DNA of 56,182 bases. Source: Vicugna vicugna. Taxonomy: Eukaryota. Both the position numbers and the translations under genes were made by a program. Positions 51,885 to 56,182 of this stretch are shown here, piece by piece. Below the pieces are notes generated by a model that worked only from the letters and a program-made list of their open reading frames with translations, did no database searches and was not told the DNA's origin. Numbering within the stretch: position 1 is the first letter of the stretch; each line of letters starts with the position of its first letter. The DNA lies in contig MU061579.1 in the NCBI GenBank assembly GCA_013265495.1, forward strand, positions 3,975,749 to 4,031,930, in the 5' to 3' direction.

Positions 51885-52303
51885 AATAGCCAGAAACTGC
51901 ACTTTTGCATAGTAAATAACCACCAAATCTCAGTGACTTTCAACAATAATTATGTATTTTATATTCATGAGTCTGTAGGTTGGTTGTGGTTTGGTTGCTG
52001 TTGGCTTGTCTGAGCTGACTAGGCTGAATTAAGACTGTGGTTAGATCAAGATGTATTCATTTTCATCCTGGGCTGATGAACTAAGTTTACCTAAGGTATA
52101 TCTTCACACAGTTGACATCAGAAGCTGAAGAAGGTCTCATATGACTTTGAGACAGAACTTGCCTCTCACTTCTGTGTACATTTCATCCATTAAGTCAAGT
52201 TATACAGCCAAGCTTAGTGATGGGAGAATTTTACTCCACTCACAGTAAATAATGGTAAAGCAGAGAGGGAAAGAACTCTGGACAATAATGTCTTCTGCAA
52301 CAC
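51885..52303. mobile_element. MLT1I/J-like MaLR LTR
   Basis: 'aaccaccaaatctcagtgact..caacaa', 'tcacttctg..tacatttcatccattaagtcaagttatacagccaagc', ending '...tctgcaaca'. Confidence 0.75.
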
Positions 52304-52564
52304 GTAACTTCTTCATACTTTGTGTTCCATTTACCCATTTAGTTTTATTTTAATCATCTTATGTTTTCCTTTATTTATAAAGCTTGCAAAGCTAATTCTT
52401 GCCCCCCAAAACATTACATGTATCTGCTTGTCTGTACCAACTCCATTTTCTACTTCCTGGTCATTTCTCAAGTTTGTACTTAATATCACTTTCTTAGTAC
52501 CATTTTTAATAATGGCCAATATTCTTAGATGATCCTCTTGTCTTCATAGTTAATGTCAGGATGG

Positions 52565-52730
52565 CATTTAAATAATTTAGTAATTATTTGTTCAATGTAT
52601 CATTATTGCTACACCGTTTCATGAATGCAAAATGGATTCTGTTTGTCTTTATTACTATATCCTTCAAACTCAACTCAAAATCTGTCATAAAATGAGTACT
52701 TAATATGCATATATTGAAATGATACATGAA
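52565..52730 (+). mobile_element. L2 3' end
   Basis: 'tttcatgaatgcaaaatggattctgtttgtctttattactatatcc...gtacttaatatgcatatattgaaatga'. Confidence 0.55.
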
Positions 52731-54549
52731 ATGATTTGTACTTTCTTTTGGGAATTATCTTTTTAGATTCATTTCTCCAGCTGTTATTGGGTATTCATAT
52801 TGTTCTTATTTGCCATTATGTACTCTTTACCCATAGAGTATATTATCCCTTTCTCCATTATATAAATATTTTTAATTCCATCTATTGAAATTTGTTGTTT
52901 TTCTTTCATTTTTGTTTATTTGTGTTGCTTTGCTTTTGATAATTAAGAAATTTTATATAGGAGAGATTTTTGAAAGATATGATACTTGAAATTGTAAATC
53001 CAAAGAAAATAAGAGAAAACACAAAATAAAGATTCCATAATAGCAAGTATTTACTAGAGGATAACCAGATATCAGAGAAAACCCTATATAGTAATTTAGA
53101 ATAGAAAGGATAGAAATGAAATAAAAATAAAGAGATTCATTAGCTGGTAGTGAATTCCAAATGGAGATCAATTAAAGGATATTAAATTTGTTAACATTTG
53201 GAGAAGATTGATGCTATTGGGTTATATGCACATCAAAAGAAAATCATACAGAAATTGGAGGAAACTCTCACAGGCATAAAACTTTTGATTGTTCAACTTC
53301 TGCCATTCTTTATGGCCAATTAAAAACTTAAAGGATTTTCTTTTTCCTTTCTTTGTTGATGTAAGCATTTGTTTTAGAGAATATACGTTGTTTCTTATCT
53401 TTCTCAGTTAAGAACCCGAACTTCCTTTTTGTAGGGCAAGGTAGGCCTGATGCCAAGGAATCTGCCCAGGAATGTTACAGAAAGTACAGCCCTTAGGAAT
53501 GATGAGCATCACAGCCTGTATTTCTACCACTTTTATTACACTTCATTTTGTTCCTCAGTGGTGATGGGATGGGGATTAAGATTGGGAAGAGCAGGAGGTA
53601 ACAATGGAATTCATATAATCTTTGGGAATATATCTCCCTTTGACTAAAATTCGGATTGGAATTCTATTAATTTCCAAAGAGAACATTTTATAATGTGATC
53701 AATAAATTCTCCCAGTGACTGGAGTGAGTCTCATCACTTTTCTTTTACAGAGTTATTCCAGAACAATGAGGAGACATGCATATCCAGGGAGTGAACACAA
53801 ATTGTCTTCACTAAGTATTGCACATAATATAACACAAACAAAAAGTATGTCCATGAACCTGACACAGCTATGAATTGTGATGACATTATAGATTTTATCT
53901 ATTTGGGATCTTGAAAGAACCATACTTTTTTTGTTCTTTTTAACTCCAGTATTGCATAAAAGTTTATAAAGTTACAAATCTGGTTATTCTACCTCTCCCA
54001 GTAAAATATTTCATTGATTACTTGTCCCTTTCATAAAAAAAGCATTAATACAATATATAAAATCTTTTCATATCTAGAAAACCTCTGTATCTGCCTGTCT
54101 TATGTCTTTCTATGCCATTGGTCATAAATATTTACAATTTCTATGTTCCCTCACAAAAATGAAGTGAAGTAGTCATAGGTTCCCTAGCAACTACACATCT
54201 CTTGACCCCATATTCCATGAGAAGAAATGTAGAGGTGCTCCTCATGAAAAACACACAGTGCCATAGTCTTACCAATTTGGCAAGCAGCAGAACTACCAGT
54301 GGTGTGCTGGTTCACCAAATGGGGCAAAAATTCTCCCATTTGCAGCTTTTGCTAATTTCCATAGTATTTACAGCATACTCCCACCATAATGGATTTCCAT
54401 TAAATTAATCCCCTAGTCTCTCATCCTTCTAGGGCTTCTGTATCTCTTACTGTACCCTTTTTTTCTAACCTTGCCAACTCCTTAAACCTTTTCACTTAGA
54501 CTTTTAAAAAATAGCAGTCATCATCAGCATAATTTACTATATCCTTAAC

Positions 54550-54770
54550 CTTAGCTATGATGATCATTTAACCTTTTTCTCTGATCAAAACCTGGTGAGA
54601 AAACTGCTCCTCCTGCAGTTCTCTGAACTGCTCTTTGTGTTTCCTACCTCTGAGCCAAGTGGGATGATAGAGGTCCTTCTTTCTCTTCATTGACATTTCA
54701 AAAATTTTGCCACTTCCTATTTAGAACACTGTGGCATTTCCAGAACATGACCTTTTACCTCATTCAATTG
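54550..54770 (+). mobile_element. Possible L2 endonuclease-region fragment
   Basis: 'tctctgatcaaaacctgg...ctcctgcagttctctgaa...gggatgatagaggtccttctt' resembles the 5' part of L2 ORF2. Confidence 0.4.
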
Positions 54771-54925
54771 TTCCAGTGGTCTGTTCAAAAATAAATGTCT
54801 GTAATATTTGTTCTGTCTCTTCACTGTCCAATAGTGTGGCCATTAGCCACATATGGCTGTTGAGCATTTGGAATGTGACTAGTATATCTGAGATAATGTT
54901 TTTTAGTTTTATTCAGTTTTAATTA

Positions 54926-55323
54926 GAAGCATACCTAATTTTATGGTGCTTCACAGATACTGCATTTTTATAAATTGTAACCATATATAAAATTTACATA
55001 ATTGCAGGTTTGCACGTTGTTTTTTTAGACATAATGCTATTGCAGACTTAATAGACTACAATATATTGTAAACATAACTTTTTTGGGTTTTTTTGGGGGG
55101 GGTAATTAGGTTTATTTATTTATTTTTACATGAGGTACTGGGGCTTGAACCCAGGCTCATTCATGCTAAGCATGTGCTCTACCTCTTGAGTTATACCCTC
55201 CCCACTGTAAACATGATTTTATATGCACTAGGAAACGAAAAAATTCATGTGACTCATTTTATTGCAATATTTACTTGTTTGCAGTGGGCTGGAACCAATG
55301 TTAATATCTTCAAGGTACATACT
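54926..55323 (+). mobile_element. Tigger1-derived MITE (Tigger1a-like), TA target duplication
   Basis: Degenerate TIRs 'gaagcatacct...' and '...aatatcttcaaggtacatact'. Internal 'tagacataatgctattgcagacttaatagactac'. TA at 54924-54925 and 55324-55325. Confidence 0.85.
55082..55205 (-). mobile_element. tRNA-derived SINE (camelid Vic-1-like)
   Basis: 'gggggggtaattaggtttatttattt...gaggtactggggcttgaacccagg...tgctctacc..tgagttataccctcccc' carries antisense Pol III A/B boxes. TSD TGTAAACATAACTTT (55067-55081) / TGTAAACATGATTTT (55206-55220). Confidence 0.88.
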
Positions 55324-55495
55324 TAATTTTCATTTAAAAACTGACATGTAGCTACTGCCTACCATATTAAACAATACAGATTTACCTAGAACATATCATT
55401 TGCAATTTGTATCATTTTTCAATAATTGCAACTCCTTTACAATATAAATTTCATGTATCCCATTTTCTTTTTTTTTTACTTATCCTCTAGTTTAA

Positions 55496-56182
55496 TTTTT
55501 TTGTCTTTTTAACATTTTTCATTGATTTATAATTATTTTACAATGTTGTGTCAAATTCCAGTGTTCAGCACAATTTTTCAGTCATTCATGGACATATACA
55601 CACTCATTGTCACATTTTTTCTCTGTGATTTACCGTAACATTTTGTGTATATTTCCCTGTGCTATACAGTGTAATCTTGTTTATCTATTCTACAATTTTG
55701 AAATCCCAGTCTATCCCTTCCCACCCTCTACCCCCCTGGTAACCACAAGTCTGTATTCTCTGTCCATGAGTCTATTTCTGTCCTGTATGTATGCTTTGTT
55801 TTTGTTTGTTTGTTTGTTTTGTTTTTGTTTTTTAGATTCCACATATGAGCGAGCTCATATGGTATTTTTCTTTCTCTTTCTGGCTTACTTCACTTAGAAT
55901 GACATTCTCCAGGAGCATCCATGTTGCTGCAAATGGCATTATGTTGTCGGGTTTTATGGCTGAGTAGTATTCCATTGTATAAATATACCACTTCTTGTAT
56001 ATCCACTCACCTGTTGATGGACATTTAGGCTGTTTCCATGTTTTGGCTATTGTAAATAGTGCTGCTATGAACATTGGGGTGCAGGTGTCATCCTGAAGTA
56101 GATTTCCTTCTGGATACAAGCCCAGGAGTGGGATTCCTGGGTCATATGGTAAGTCTATTCCTAGTCTTTTGAGGAATCTCCA
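55496..56182 (-). mobile_element. Young camelid-type L1 3' end (continues beyond the window)
   Basis: ORF 55832-56119 ([28 protein letters not shown]...EKYHMSSLICGI) is the L1 ORF2 C-terminus. 3'UTR and T-rich tail lie toward 55496. Confidence 0.96.

Larger units (their letters stand above)
54772..55379 (+). mobile_element. MER3 (hAT-Charlie MITE) split into ~54772-54925 and ~55324-55379
   Basis: 'cactgtccaatagtgtggccattagccacatatggctgttgagcatttggaatgtgactagt' and the terminal 'acatgtagctactgcctaccatattaaacaatacag'. Confidence 0.85.

Noticed and set aside
55082..55205. tRNA gene
   Set aside because: The A/B-box-like sequence belongs to a TSD-flanked SINE with an AT-rich tail; no cloverleaf.
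37..56119. The many 60-115 aa ORFs in the track as host genes
   Set aside because: They are rich in F/L/I/K, as expected from AT-rich non-coding DNA. The only recognisable ones are L1 ORF2 fragments.
784..56182. Inverted pair of young L1s as a composite element
   Set aside because: They are 54 kb apart with different 3'UTRs, and the left one has its own TSD; these are independent insertions.
1..56182. L1 strand bias as evidence for a host-gene direction
   Set aside because: L1 fragments occur on both strands in similar numbers, so no transcription direction can be inferred.

Overview
AT-rich, CpG-poor mammalian non-coding DNA (intergenic or deep intronic), most likely from a camelid. That assignment rests on my recognition of camelid-type L1 3' ends and a Vic-1-like tRNA SINE, not on a database search. 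I find no recognisable host protein-coding gene, RNA gene or CRISPR array. The only ORFs resembling known proteins are L1 ORF2 C-terminal fragments. The window is a layered transposon record (young and old L1, L2, MIR, MaLR LTRs, hAT and Tigger MITEs, one SINE) with microsatellites and a 65-N assembly gap. The most notable structures are: (1) an exact 46-bp copy of a CpG-retaining unique segment inside an old L1 1.7 kb upstream; (2) a 1.58-kb TSD-flanked L1 whose 5'UTR joins directly to the ORF2 C-terminus and which carries a probable 3' transduction; (3) an L1 with about 57 bp of unexplained DNA inside its 5' TSD; (4) a MER3/Tigger1/SINE nest; (5) a perfect 59-bp tandem duplication; (6) several exon-like segments of unknown status. 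I see no convincing evidence of a new biological system. Subfamily names and the boundaries of old repeats are by eye and approximate.
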